64,000 bases of DNA, taken from an uncultured delta proteobacterium (GTDB lineage Bacteria; Desulfobacterota; Binatia; Binatales; Binataceae). This document shows, piece by piece, positions 50,427 through 60,887 of the stretch (positions are counted from its first letter, which is position 1; every line of letters begins with the position of its first letter). The stretch spans positions 160,001 to 224,000 of the forward strand of contig CAWCDG010000007.1 of the NCBI GenBank assembly GCA_963794325.1, in the 5' to 3' direction. The position numbers and the translations under genes were made by a program. Under the pieces are notes generated by a model. That model was given only the letters and a program-made list of their open reading frames with translations, was not told where the DNA came from and did no database searches.

Positions 50427-51260
50427 ATGAACGATGATGTTCCGTTTGCGGTGCGTCGTGATGAGTTGATCGCTCGCGCGGTAACTATCCTCTCCACTGA
50501 TTCACGCTTCCCTGCGGGATGGCTCGAAGGGAGCCTTGCTGACGGTTCTGCGGACTCGTATTCGGATATCGATTTGCACCTTTGCGTGGTCGAGAGCGCG
50601 TGGGACGAGGTGTGGAACGGCCGGCGCGGCGTGATCGAACGAATCGCGCCCATATTAGCGTCGCTCGATATCATGGGTGTGTTCGGCGTCGGGTGCTTGA
50701 TGGCGGGTCCGGTGAAGTTTGACGTTTTCTTCGAGCGGGAAAATGGCTTGGGGTCGAGGCCGCGCATCGCGGTGAAGCGTCTTTGGGGCGCGCCGGAGAT
50801 CTACCAGCGGTTCAAAATCGGCGACGACCTGGGAGATGCCATAATCAAGCACGCGCTCGAAACCAACGTGCTTGGATTTCTTCAAGGCGCGACCTGGCCG
50901 GTCAGAATCCTCGCACGCGGGCAAATCAACACTTTTCTCTTCAACGAAATCCTGCTGGTCGAGACGGCGATCGTCCCGCTGATGCTGCTCGAGACGGATC
51001 GCCGCGCGTTCCATCGCAATATGTTCACGCGCGCGAAGCTGCTCCCACCCGCTAAGCGCGAGGAATGCGCCCGGCTCGTCGATCGAATCGTGACGGCGAT
51101 ACGCAATGGCGATCGCGCTGCGATGCGAGACGTGCATATCGAAATGCACCGAATGATTTGTGAGCTTGCGAGGGCAGCATTCGCGCGCTACGGCCTCGAG
51201 TTCCCGCCCCGCGTCGAAGACGCGATGCGCGACTTCTACCAGCGCGAGTGGCCGACTTAG
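50427..51260 (+). CDS. Pol-beta-superfamily nucleotidyltransferase
   Basis: GSLADGSADSYSDIDL motif plus a helical C-terminal domain. Confidence 0.75.
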   Translation: MNDDVPFAVRRDELIARAVTILSTDSRFPAGWLEGSLADGSADSYSDIDLHLCVVESAWDEVWNGRRGVIERIAPILASLDIMGVFGVGCLMAGPVKFDVFFERENGLGSRPRIAVKRLWGAPEIYQRFKIGDDLGDAIIKHALETNVLGFLQGATWPVRILARGQINTFLFNEILLVETAIVPLMLLETDRRAFHRNMFTRAKLLPPAKREECARLVDRIVTAIRNGDRAAMRDVHIEMHRMICELARAAFARYGLEFPPRVEDAMRDFYQREWPT

Positions 51261-51341
51261 ATAGTCCGCCAGCGCGCGGTTTGGATAGTCGTCAGCTTCG
51301 GTGCTACTCACAATGCTATCCGCATCGAGAGGAGCACACCG

Positions 51342-52509
51342 ATGGACGCTCACGCCGAGATAGCCCGCGCGATCGATAACTACCGCGACAAGGTCGTCGC
51401 GCTCAGCCATCAGATACACGAGCATCCCGAGCTCAAGTTCGAGGAGCATTTTGCCTCCGACCTGTTGAGCAAGGCCGCCACCGAACTGGGTCTTGAGGTT
51501 GAGCGTAAAGTCGCCGGATTGAAGACCGCGTTTCGTGCCGAGTTCGGCGGCAAGGGGCCCGCGGTTGCGATTCTTGCCGAATACGATGCGCTACCCAATG
51601 GGCATTCGTGCGGGCATAACCTGATTGCCGGCGCTGCGCTCAGCGCGGTCGCGGGTTTGAAGAGCATCGCGAGCCATCTGCCGGGTCGCGTCATTTTTCT
51701 CGGGACACCGGCCGAAGAGGGCGGGGGCGGCAAGATAATCCTGATCGACAACGGTGCGCTGCGCGGCGTCGATGCGGCCATGATGGCGCATCCGACCGAC
51801 GCGGAATTCTGCACGATGCCGGCGCTCGCCACGCAGCATCTCAAGCTGACGTTTCATGGGCACGGCGCGCACGCGGCGCTGGCGCCGTGGGACGGTTCTA
51901 GTGCGCTGGCCGCGGTGATTCAGACATTTCAGAGCGTCGATGCGATGCGGCTGCATCTGCGCGACGGCTCGCGCATCCACGGCATTATCACCGACGGCGG
52001 GCAGGCGGTGAATATCATTCCCGAGCGCACTGAGTGCCTGTTCCTGGCGCGCGCGAAGACCAGCCGCTACGCCAGGGAGATTGGCGCGCGAGTGATCCGA
52101 TGCGCCGAGGCGGCCGCGATGGCGACTGGGACGCGCGTTGAACACGAGGTCGAGGGCGGCTACAAGAACCTGATCAACAATCTCAGCATGGCGCATCGTT
52201 ACGCGGCGCATAGCGAGGCGCTCGGGACGGTATCCCGCGAGGCGCCGGAGAATACGCCGACCGGCAGCACCGACATGGGCGACGTCAGTCACGTGATGCC
52301 CGCGATACATCCGTCGTTCGCGATCTCGCAAGCGCGGCGAGGGCAACTGCCACGAAGATGCGTTCGTCGCGCACGCCGACTCGCAACGCGGCTACGACGC
52401 TATGATTCGAGTGGCGAAAGCAATGGCGATGACGGCGTACGATCTGCTCGCGGAGCCGGAGCTGCTCGCGTCGGCAAGAAAGGAGTTCGAAGCCCGCAAG
52501 GAAAGCTGA
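51342..52509 (+). CDS. M20 amidohydrolase, +1 frameshift near 52328
   Basis: EYDAL, HSCGHN, PAEE and GSTDMGDVS. The shifted frame gives the expected C-terminus GNCHEDAF...AKAMAMTAYDLL...EFEARKES. Confidence 0.85.
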
Positions 52510-52687
52510 ATTGAGGTCTGTCTAGCCTCATCTCTGAACTCGGTCGTCGGCGTGCTTTTCCTAACCTCCCCTTGTCCGAGGGGAGGTCGGCGTAAGCCGC
52601 GCGCAGCGCGGTGTCGACGGGAGAGGTACAACGCAAGGTGTCGCAACACATGGGTTGTGCAATAGTTGTTGCTACTGACGCTGCGTT

Positions 52688-54562
52688 TCACCGCTTCGTG
52701 AAACCGTCTGCGCTCCAATCGTCCGAGCCGATGCCGTTGTGCACGATGAACAACCCGTCGGGATCGTACTTTTTTTTAATTTCGGCGAGCCGCGGGTAGT
52801 TGCTACCCCAGTACGCTTGCTGCCATCCGCTCTCGAAATAATTGCTCTCACTCACGTATGCGCCGCCGTTCGGCACGATCGCCCGAAGCTGATCCATGCA
52901 TTGATGAATGCGGTCTGCGGCTTTGCGGCCGTCGCCGACCGAGGGCTCATGCCCGGGAATCCCCGGATATGCGGGTCCCTGGCCGTTGGCCGAGATGACC
53001 AAGGCGAAAGCGGTCAGTACCGCAGGATTCGTCGATGTATCCTTTGATGCGGCGATTGCTTCGGGCGGGCCTCCGGCAAGTCCCTTGTTGAAGTGAAAGG
53101 AAAGGCCTGAATGCCGCGAGGCTGCGAAAATAGCATCGCTGAGACGTTGCTGCCCGTCCTTGGCAAGCAATGACTCGGGCATCCATAGCGACTCGTACGC
53201 CCAGATGAACCAGTCAACTTCTCCCGTGTTCCCCTCCCACCATGCCTGATTCGGTCCCACGCCGGGCCGGGGATCGGCGACAACGACAGGGTTGGGGATC
53301 AAACGGACGAGCACATCGTCAAGCATCGCATGCAGGAGACTTCCGTTTCGTGGAAGCAGGACTTCCGGCCAATGCTCCTTCCACCACTGCATGTCCCAAA
53401 AGTGCCGCGCCGGTACGCTTCCGATTACTACTCTTCCATCGATCGAGCATCCGTTGGAGGAATCCGCGACCCAATCCAGAAACGGCTGCCAGACCTTTTT
53501 CAGTTGCTCGCCGTCGAGTCCCTGCGAGATCATTTTGATCTCGAGAATGTTGTCGGGCCTGAACTCGGCCTGCTCCCCCCAATGTTGGTTGAAGAGATGC
53601 TGCTGGTAGAAGCTCACGAACTCGCTGATCAGACGTCGATACGCATCGTCGGACGCCGCCTTCACTTTGAAGTTGGCACTCCCGAAGAACTCGGGAAGAT
53701 CGTGAAGCCGCACCGTCAGCTTGCTGACCACGCCGAAGGTGCCGCCTCCGCCGCCCTTGAGGGCCCAGAACAGATCGGGGTTGTTGCAGGCATTGGCGAT
53801 TCGTATCTGCCCGTCTGCGGTGACTACTTCGGCCTCGAGCAGGCTGGCCGCGGCAGAGCCGAAGCCCTTTGAAAGACTGCCAAAGCCGCCGCCCTGAATC
53901 AGACCAGCCAGTCCTACGGTAAGGCATCCTCCACCCTGAATATATTTGCCGCCCTTGGTGGTGACCGCGTCGTAGGCCTGGATATCGATGGTTCCTGCGC
54001 CGAGCGTCGCCGCGGGTTGCGGCTGCAGAGTATGCTCGCACCCATTCGGAACGAACGCGTCATGCATCGTGATCTCGTTCATGTGCCGGGTCCAGATGAG
54101 AAGGGAATCAGGCGCGTTGGACGTTCCCTGATAGCTGTGGCCGCCGCCCTTGACCACCAGGCGCAAGTTGTTCTCGCGGGCAAAGTTCACGGCCGCGGCG
54201 ATGTCGTGGGCATTTTTCGCGACGACGGCGTAGGCGCTGGGCTTAGTCGCCCACGCATCGACCCATCCTAATGTTTCGGTGAGTCCCGGCTGCTCGCCGA
54301 CATAGTACGGATTCTTCAGATTCTTCAGCAGGGTCTTGGCGGCGTCGCTGTCGGGATTGGTTTTGAGTATCGACAGCGGAAACTCTACCGGAATCAGGTT
54401 TCCGCCAACCGTTTCGTTGAGTTGCTTCCATGCGGTCTTCGACGGCCATGCGGCATCGGAGGGCCGCACGCGACTGAAATTTGTACTCGCGAAGAGTCGG
54501 CGCGGCAAAATAGGAATGAGCGCCGCCGATCCGATCGCTTTCAAGAATGATCTTCTGTTCAT
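52688..54562 (-). CDS. Tat-exported FAD-binding oxidoreductase (berberine-bridge-enzyme-like)
   Basis: MNRRSFLK Tat signal, KGGGHSY, DLFWALKGGGGG and YWGSNYPRLAEIKKKYDP. Confidence 0.9.
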   Translation of the reverse strand: MNRRSFLKAIGSAALIPILPRRLFASTNFSRVRPSDAAWPSKTAWKQLNETVGGNLIPVEFPLSILKTNPDSDAAKTLLKNLKNPYYVGEQPGLTETLGWVDAWATKPSAYAVVAKNAHDIAAAVNFARENNLRLVVKGGGHSYQGTSNAPDSLLIWTRHMNEITMHDAFVPNGCEHTLQPQPAATLGAGTIDIQAYDAVTTKGGKYIQGGGCLTVGLAGLIQGGGFGSLSKGFGSAAASLLEAEVVTADGQIRIANACNNPDLFWALKGGGGGTFGVVSKLTVRLHDLPEFFGSANFKVKAASDDAYRRLISEFVSFYQQHLFNQHWGEQAEFRPDNILEIKMISQGLDGEQLKKVWQPFLDWVADSSNGCSIDGRVVIGSVPARHFWDMQWWKEHWPEVLLPRNGSLLHAMLDDVLVRLIPNPVVVADPRPGVGPNQAWWEGNTGEVDWFIWAYESLWMPESLLAKDGQQRLSDAIFAASRHSGLSFHFNKGLAGGPPEAIAASKDTSTNPAVLTAFALVISANGQGPAYPGIPGHEPSVGDGRKAADRIHQCMDQLRAIVPNGGAYVSESNYFESGWQQAYWGSNYPRLAEIKKKYDPDGLFIVHNGIGSDDWSADGFTKR

Positions 54563-54581
54563 CGAACCCTTTTGTGGCGTA

Positions 54582-56087
54582 TCATGAGATCCTTGCGGAT
54601 GCCCGGATGCTCTCACCATCGAGCACGTTCACCTTTGCGCCGGCCTCTGATTCGGGCTTATCCGCGTTTTCCAGCTGCTCGAGATTTCTTTGATGCGTCG
54701 AGCGGTCGATGTCATAAAAAAGCAGGACCGCAATCGCGATCGCGCTGAAGGTCGCGACTATCGGAACGAAAACCATGCCCAGGTGATGCAAGGTCGCCGG
54801 CGCCACCTGGCCCGGTGTCGCATGCTGCGGAAAGCTGACCCACGCAAGGAGCAGGCCTGCCAGGAAGGTGCCGACTCCGGTGACGCATTTCGATATGAGG
54901 CCGTTGGCGGCGAACAGCAGCCCTTCCGAACGTTGTCCCGTCGTGACTGCCGCATCTTCGACTACGTCCGCCATCATCGAGGTCACAATAATGAATCCGG
55001 TAAGCCCTAGGGTCGCGGCGAAGAAATTGAAGACGAACACGATCGCGAATAATGCGCCGGTGCCGTTGGGCGGCAGCAGTCCCATCAGGCGCATCGCGAT
55101 CGGCGCGACCGATGCGAACAGCGAGACAAAGAAGACACCGATCATCGCCTGCTTCTTTCCGAACGGCCTCGAGATTGCCGGCGCCAGCCCAACCCCGGCA
55201 AAGGCGGCGAACAGCACGGCGGCGGCAAGATACGACATTTGGGCCGGCGTCAGTTCAAAGAAATATGCCGAGATGTAGAAGTCGAGTCCCTGCCTCAGGC
55301 CCGTTGAAACAGCGCCCACTATTCCCGAAATCGTCAACGCGAGAAACGATCGATTGGTCAGCGTGCCGCTTACCTCTTCGAACTTCTCGCGCCATGTGCC
55401 CCGTACTCGCGGCTCATGGACCAGGGCCGCAATAAAGCGATGAGTGCCAATGCACGAAATCATGATCGATAGGAAAATCACGATGGCCGCGGCAAATCCC
55501 GTTTCGCGGTATCCCGCCCGGGACAACAGGCCCAGCGGATGAGTCGCGTCTTTGCGCAGGAAGACCTGCAACGCAAGCACTGATATCCCTGCTCCGCCCA
55601 AGGTTCCGAAAAAGAAGCGCGAACCCATCAGGGTGGTCCGCTGGTCGTAGTCCAGCGTGAGCTCCGGTCCCAGCGCCGAGCTGGGAATTTCATAAAGACT
55701 CAGCAGCACCCGCACCGCCATCAGCATCACCGCCATGTAAATGAGCAGATGGACCTGGGACCATCCGAGCGGCGGATCGAACAGGTAATAGAAAGCGACC
55801 GCGGTGGGAAGGGCGGAGGCGTACATGAACGGATGGCGCCGGCCCCATCGCGATCGCGTGTGATCCGACCATTCCCCGATCAGCGGATCGCAGATCGCAT
55901 CGAAGATCAGCGTCAATGCCATCGCGCCGCCGACCCACGCCGCGGGCAGCCCCACCACCTGGTTGTAGAAAAGCAGCAGGGCGGACGTGAGGACCGTCAG
56001 ATGCACTCCAAAGGCGATCGATCCGATGCCGTACAGGATATTGTTCCACAGGGTGAGCGGCGGGCGGCCTGACGTTGAATCGCTCAT
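54582..56087 (-). CDS. GPH/MelB-family MFS transporter
   Basis: DAICDPLIGEWSDHTRSRWGRRHPF, ELTLDYDQRT and MMADVVE. Confidence 0.9.
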   Translation of the reverse strand: MSDSTSGRPPLTLWNNILYGIGSIAFGVHLTVLTSALLLFYNQVVGLPAAWVGGAMALTLIFDAICDPLIGEWSDHTRSRWGRRHPFMYASALPTAVAFYYLFDPPLGWSQVHLLIYMAVMLMAVRVLLSLYEIPSSALGPELTLDYDQRTTLMGSRFFFGTLGGAGISVLALQVFLRKDATHPLGLLSRAGYRETGFAAAIVIFLSIMISCIGTHRFIAALVHEPRVRGTWREKFEEVSGTLTNRSFLALTISGIVGAVSTGLRQGLDFYISAYFFELTPAQMSYLAAAVLFAAFAGVGLAPAISRPFGKKQAMIGVFFVSLFASVAPIAMRLMGLLPPNGTGALFAIVFVFNFFAATLGLTGFIIVTSMMADVVEDAAVTTGQRSEGLLFAANGLISKCVTGVGTFLAGLLLAWVSFPQHATPGQVAPATLHHLGMVFVPIVATFSAIAIAVLLFYDIDRSTHQRNLEQLENADKPESEAGAKVNVLDGESIRASARIS

Positions 56088-56860
56088 AGCGAGCGCTCCC
56101 CGCGGATCAAACACTCGGCGCCACCATCTACAAAGAGGACTTGTCCAGTCATCAGCGAATTCTCCGCGCTCGCGCACCAGGCCAGAATTGCGGCCATCTG
56201 CTCAGGACGACCGGGATATGCGCCGCGCAACGGCACCATCCGTCCTGCCTGCCCGCTCCTTTCAGGATCTGAGAGAATGTACGCCGCGGCGGGCGTGTCA
56301 ATAAAGCCTGGCGCGATCGCATTCAGCGGGATTCCCGCGCCGGCCCAATCCGGTTTGCTCGCAACTCTTCGGCACCAACAGTTCAACGCATACTTGGCAT
56401 TGCCGTAGAGATCCAAAGGACCTTTTCCCGCCGCGATCGCGTCCCGCCCGGCAACAATTGCTGCGGGTTCGTCCATCTTCAGACAAGCTTCGACGATTCG
56501 TGGATCGGCCGGGCTCATCGACGCTATCGACGATACCATCACGGCCCGAGGTGCGGGACTGGCCTTGAGCAGGGGACGCAATCCTTCAAGCGTCGCCACT
56601 GCGCCGAAGAAGTTCAACGAGAGCATCGTCTCCGGCGGACCGCCGCCCGCATTTGCAACAATCGCGTCGATCCGGCTGTCGGACAAGCGCGTCACACCGG
56701 CGACCAACTCAGCACGGCCTCCGATTGTCGTCAGGTCCGCGATCACATCCGCATTGTGGAGATCGCAAGTAATCACGCGGCCTCCTCGTTCCCGAAGGTA
56801 GCGCGCGGTCGCTGCTCCAATTCCGGACGCGGCGCCTGTGACGACATAGGTTCGATCCAC
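56084..56860 (-). CDS. SDR oxidoreductase (3-alpha-HSD-like)
   Basis: TGAASGIG, ANAG, YGNAK and VDGG. Confidence 0.88.
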   Translation of the reverse strand: MDRTYVVTGAASGIGAATARYLRERGGRVITCDLHNADVIADLTTIGGRAELVAGVTRLSDSRIDAIVANAGGGPPETMLSLNFFGAVATLEGLRPLLKASPAPRAVMVSSIASMSPADPRIVEACLKMDEPAAIVAGRDAIAAGKGPLDLYGNAKYALNCWCRRVASKPDWAGAGIPLNAIAPGFIDTPAAAYILSDPERSGQAGRMVPLRGAYPGRPEQMAAILAWCASAENSLMTGQVLFVDGGAECLIRGERSL

Positions 56861-56906
56861 CGATAATACTCCGATGCCTTTGGTCTCCAGTCTTGCGGCT
56901 CGACTC

Positions 56907-56924
56907 TTAGAACGGATATTCTAA
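56907..56924. promoter_or_regulatory. Putative TetR operator
   Basis: TTAGAA-CGGATA-TTCTAA palindrome between the divergent SDR and TetR genes. Confidence 0.6.
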
Positions 56925-56954
56925 AACAAGCAGTCTAGTCAAGAGAAGAAAGAA

Positions 56955-57626
56955 ATGGCGTCGGAACAATCCAAACGCGAAACAGTCAAGACTCCGGCGG
57001 TTGGCGTCCGCGGGTACAGAATACGCGATATCGCCAAAGCCAGGGAGCGCCGTCGCGAAATCCTGATGGGCGCGGGACGCGCGTTCGCGCACGGCGGTTA
57101 CGATGCAACCAACATGGACCAGATAGCCCGCGAATGCGGACTGGCCAAAGGGCACATCTATCACTACTTCCGCAGCAAAGAGGAAATCTTCACGGAAATC
57201 CGAACCGACGCGGTGAGCCGGCTGCTTGAAAGACTGACGGCGATCGTGGACGCGGCGCCCGACGATCCGGAACTGGCCCTGCGCAATGCGATCTCAGCCG
57301 TGATCGCCCGAATTTTCGACGAGGAAGAGCGTCACGAGCTGGGACTGCCCGAACCCGTCTCGCTCAGCGCGGAGAATCGAAAGCGCATTCGAATGTTGGG
57401 CAGGCGTTACGAGCGGATGTTCGCAAATATCGTGCGTCGCGGAATCGACAAGCGGATTTTCGTCCCGGGCGATCCGAAGCTGATGACATTCGTGATCTTG
57501 CGCGCTGCCTTTACCGTCGCCAACTGGTATCGCGAGGGCGGCAAGTGGAAGCCGAAATGGATTATCGATCAGGTTACGGAGCAGTTGGTTAGAAGTGTGC
57601 GGCGGACTGGTGTGCGCACACGTTGA
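56955..57626 (+). CDS. TetR-family regulator (KstR2-like C-terminus)
   Basis: HTH GYDATNMDQIA..GLAKGHIYHYFRSKEE; NWYREGG. Confidence 0.92.
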   Translation: MASEQSKRETVKTPAVGVRGYRIRDIAKARERRREILMGAGRAFAHGGYDATNMDQIARECGLAKGHIYHYFRSKEEIFTEIRTDAVSRLLERLTAIVDAAPDDPELALRNAISAVIARIFDEEERHELGLPEPVSLSAENRKRIRMLGRRYERMFANIVRRGIDKRIFVPGDPKLMTFVILRAAFTVANWYREGGKWKPKWIIDQVTEQLVRSVRRTGVRTR

Positions 57627-57634
57627 GTATCGAG

Positions 57635-57710
57635 AACCTAACCCCTAACCCCTTCCCGAGCGGGAAGGGGAACCGGATGAGAGACCCATCCCGAGCGGAA
57701 AGGGGAACCA
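57635..57710 (+). repeat. Repeat family A plus partial second hairpin
   Basis: Full copy at 57635..57678 (loop GAGC). Confidence 0.9.
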
Positions 57711-57726
57711 AAATACAAAGAAGAGT

Positions 57727-57981
57727 TTAGTGGCAGCCGCAGCCGCCGCCGCAACATCCGCCGCCCGTGAAGCCGTCGCCGTTCGATGTGCCGGAGTTGG
57801 CCATCGCTGACGCGACCGCCGATGCGCCGTCGCCGTTGCTGGCGCGGGCCGCGAACGTCGACATTTCGCGCGTCAGCCTGGAGCCATTGCAATGCGGGCA
57901 TTGTGCGCCGTCATCGCCGGGCCTGACGAATGCCTCGAAGGAGCGGTCGCAGTTGACGCATCGGTATTCGTAGATCGGCAT
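57727..57981 (-). CDS. FmdB-family zinc-ribbon protein
   Basis: MPIYEYRCVNC...CPHC; tail GGCCGGGCGCH. Confidence 0.9.
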   Translation of the reverse strand: MPIYEYRCVNCDRSFEAFVRPGDDGAQCPHCNGSRLTREMSTFAARASNGDGASAVASAMANSGTSNGDGFTGGGCCGGGCGCH

Positions 57982-57990
57982 GCTTTCCTT

Positions 57991-58395
57991 CTACTCGGCG
58001 ATCGGCTGGGCGTATTCCACGAGCACGCCGCGGGTGGCTTTGGGATGCAGGAAGCAGATCATGCCCGCCAGGCCGTGGCGCGGTTTCTGATCGATCAACT
58101 GGATATTCTTACTACGCGCGGCGGCGAGTTCGCGCTCGACGTCGTCAGTCTCGAAGCATACGTGATGCAGGCCGCCGCCGCGCCGTGCGAGGAATTTGCC
58201 GACCGCATTGTTGAGGTCGAGCGGTTCGAGCAGTTCGATCTCGCTCTCGCCAGCCTTGAGCAAGGCGGCGCGGACGCCCTGATCTTCAATCGTCGCGCTC
58301 TTCGTGAAATGCAGGCCGAGCGTGTCGCGCCAGAACTTCAATCCCGCGTCGAGATTCGGCACGACCACGCCGACGTGATGAATTTTTCTCAGCAT
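57991..58395 (-). CDS. mce: Methylmalonyl-CoA epimerase
   Basis: IHHVGVVV, EDQGV, IELLEP, GGGLHHVCF and FLHPKATRGVLVE. Confidence 0.88.
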   Translation of the reverse strand: MLRKIHHVGVVVPNLDAGLKFWRDTLGLHFTKSATIEDQGVRAALLKAGESEIELLEPLDLNNAVGKFLARRGGGLHHVCFETDDVERELAAARSKNIQLIDQKPRHGLAGMICFLHPKATRGVLVEYAQPIAE

Positions 58396-58402
58396 CAGTC
58401 TG

Positions 58403-60805
58403 CTAAGCGTGGTGATCGAGGCACAGCGAGCGCTGCAGCTTGTCCCACCGGACCTTCATCTCGTCCGAGCCCAAAGTAGGATGCTCGGCGCGCGTCTGCG
58501 CCAGCTTGCTGCATGCGCCCTGTACGTTACCCTGTTTCTCGTAAATCACGGCAAGTTGATACTTCGCCTCGTACCAAAGAGGATCGGACTCGGCGGCGGT
58601 GTTCTCGACCGCAGTCCATCGCTCGTTTGCGTCCTTCCAGTCATTCTTGGCCTGCGCCTGACGCGCAAGACCTGCGTTCGCATCGGGCGACGCCGGATCG
58701 GCTTTCACGACCTCTTCGAAGACCTTGTTCGCTTCGTCTTCGTTGCCTATCGCGTGGAGGGCCTGGGCGTAGATCGACAACGTACCAGTCAGGTTCTTGA
58801 CCGGGATCTTGCCTGACGCGGCCATCTCGGCGAAGCCCTTGTAGGACGTCACGGTCAACTTCGCGTTGGCGACATACTTCTTCTGATCGTTGTTATCCTT
58901 GGCCGCTGTTGCGCTCTTCCAGAACTCGATTCCAAGTCCCTTGACGAAATCCTGCTTGGCGGTGTCGCTCTTGCTGCGCTCGACCAGGGCGGCAACGTCG
59001 GTATTAACTTCGTCATACCGGCCGAGATGATCGAGCGCCGTGATGCGCCAATCGACCACGTCCTGGAACTTCGCGCTCATCATCGGGTAGTTCGATTCGT
59101 AGCCGACCAGCAGCGGTGCAACCTGCGCGTAATCGACATGGTCCTGATCTTCTTCGAGGATCGAAGCGAGCATGTAGGTCGCTTCGCCGCGAATTTCGCG
59201 AATGTCTTTCTTGGCAGCGGCGGTGTTGGCGGTGCGCTCCGCCTCGGGACCCATCTTGATCGATTCGTTCAGGTCGGCAAGCGCCAGCTTTCTGAGTTGT
59301 TCGGTATCGACCGCCGGAGCCTTTTTGTCCTTGGATGTCGATTGGGCACCCAGCAGCTGCTTGTAGTAGCTCTCGGCGGCTTTGAACTTTGCGGTGAAGG
59401 TGAATTCGGGGTCGCCCTTGACCTTGGAGTACATCTCACCGGCGCCGACGAGATCGCCCTGCCGCTCCAGACGATCGGCGAGCGCCACTTGCAGCTCGGC
59501 GGCATGGTCACCATTAGGACTCTTCTGCAGATAGTCGTTGGCGTCTTTCACCCACTGACTTTCGAGCGCGGCATCCTTCCCGCCGCTCTTCTGCCATCGG
59601 TCATGATTGAGGCTGTATTTCAAAAACTCGGCCTGTGCCGCGTCGCCGCCGCCACTGGCTGCGATCTTGGTTAGCATCGCCTCGACCAGGTCATAGCGCT
59701 TCTCGCGCTGATAGATCTCGGCAGCGAACCGGCATGCTTTGGGATATTTTCCGGTGTCGCACGCCTCTGAGTAATACTTGGCCGCGCCGGGTTCATCCTT
59801 GCGCGAGAGCAGCACGGCCGCGAGCAGCCATTTTTCGAACGGGTCGCTCGAGCCGCCGAATTCCTCGACGGCGTTGTTCGGGAAATGGGACGCCGCCGAG
59901 ACATCGAGCGCCCAACCTTCCTTGTCGTTCTCCTTGGTCTTCATCGCGTCGATGATCTGCTTGTGATACTGGGCTTTTTTAGTGGGATCGCTGGTCGCTT
60001 TTTCGGCCTGGAACAGCGCCTGTAGCTGAAGCATGAAGTTGCCGCCCGGTTTGCCCCCGCCTACTGGGCCACTACAATACTTGGTCGCTTCTTCAGCTTT
60101 GCCCATCTTTCCCAGTGTTGTGCAGAGGCCCTGCTGAGCGGCCGCATACTGCGACGTGCCGGTGCCGTCTTCCTGGATTTTCTTGAAGTCGGCGATCGCG
60201 TGGTCGTATTCAGCGTGATCGAATTTGCCCAGCTCGCGTTCGCAGTAGGCGCGGCCCAGCGTGTTTTCCCGGATCAGGTTTGGATCGGGCATCGCCAGCA
60301 TGCTGGCGGTGAAACCGTCGATCGATTGATTCAACAGCTTCTTCGACTGTTCGGCATTGTCGTCAAACAAAGTGGTCGCCGCGGTGAACCGCAGCCAGGC
60401 GAGCGGATACGCGGCGCGCAATGCCAACTGCTCGGGCTTGTCGTAGTCACACTGCCCGCCGTTGTCGATCTGCGCGATGCAATCGTCCTTCTTCTTGGAC
60501 CACGCCGTTTGCATCCGATCGAGCATCGATTCGAGCTGATGGTAGATCGGTATCAGCGAGCCCTTGTCCACTTTGCCGCTCGACGTGAGCTTGGCGAAGT
60601 CTCCCTCCGCACTGTCGAGGTGGCTGATCACCTGGTCAGCGCTTGATTCGCTGGACTCGGCCGAGGACATCTGGCCGGAGAGGCTTGATAGCTGACTCTC
60701 GAGTTGTCCAGCGCTCTGCGCGGAGGCGATTGCGGCGGTGAAGGTAAGCGCAAAGATTGCGGCTAGCATCACCGTCAGGCGATGCGAAAAAAGCGAAGGA
60801 TTCAT
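58403..60805 (-). CDS. Large secreted TPR-like helical repeat protein
   Basis: Signal peptide (ASA|Q), Ala/Lys/Tyr helical repeats and C-terminal WYEAKYQLA. Confidence 0.75.
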   Translation of the reverse strand: MNPSLFSHRLTVMLAAIFALTFTAAIASAQSAGQLESQLSSLSGQMSSAESSESSADQVISHLDSAEGDFAKLTSSGKVDKGSLIPIYHQLESMLDRMQTAWSKKKDDCIAQIDNGGQCDYDKPEQLALRAAYPLAWLRFTAATTLFDDNAEQSKKLLNQSIDGFTASMLAMPDPNLIRENTLGRAYCERELGKFDHAEYDHAIADFKKIQEDGTGTSQYAAAQQGLCTTLGKMGKAEEATKYCSGPVGGGKPGGNFMLQLQALFQAEKATSDPTKKAQYHKQIIDAMKTKENDKEGWALDVSAASHFPNNAVEEFGGSSDPFEKWLLAAVLLSRKDEPGAAKYYSEACDTGKYPKACRFAAEIYQREKRYDLVEAMLTKIAASGGGDAAQAEFLKYSLNHDRWQKSGGKDAALESQWVKDANDYLQKSPNGDHAAELQVALADRLERQGDLVGAGEMYSKVKGDPEFTFTAKFKAAESYYKQLLGAQSTSKDKKAPAVDTEQLRKLALADLNESIKMGPEAERTANTAAAKKDIREIRGEATYMLASILEEDQDHVDYAQVAPLLVGYESNYPMMSAKFQDVVDWRITALDHLGRYDEVNTDVAALVERSKSDTAKQDFVKGLGIEFWKSATAAKDNNDQKKYVANAKLTVTSYKGFAEMAASGKIPVKNLTGTLSIYAQALHAIGNEDEANKVFEEVVKADPASPDANAGLARQAQAKNDWKDANERWTAVENTAAESDPLWYEAKYQLAVIYEKQGNVQGACSKLAQTRAEHPTLGSDEMKVRWDKLQRSLCLDHHA

Positions 60806-60887
60806 TTGTCTAGTCCCCAAATACTGTTCCCGGCAATTGTGGCCTTAGATAAGGATAACGCAGCGATAACGTCAAGCCAGTGAAAAG

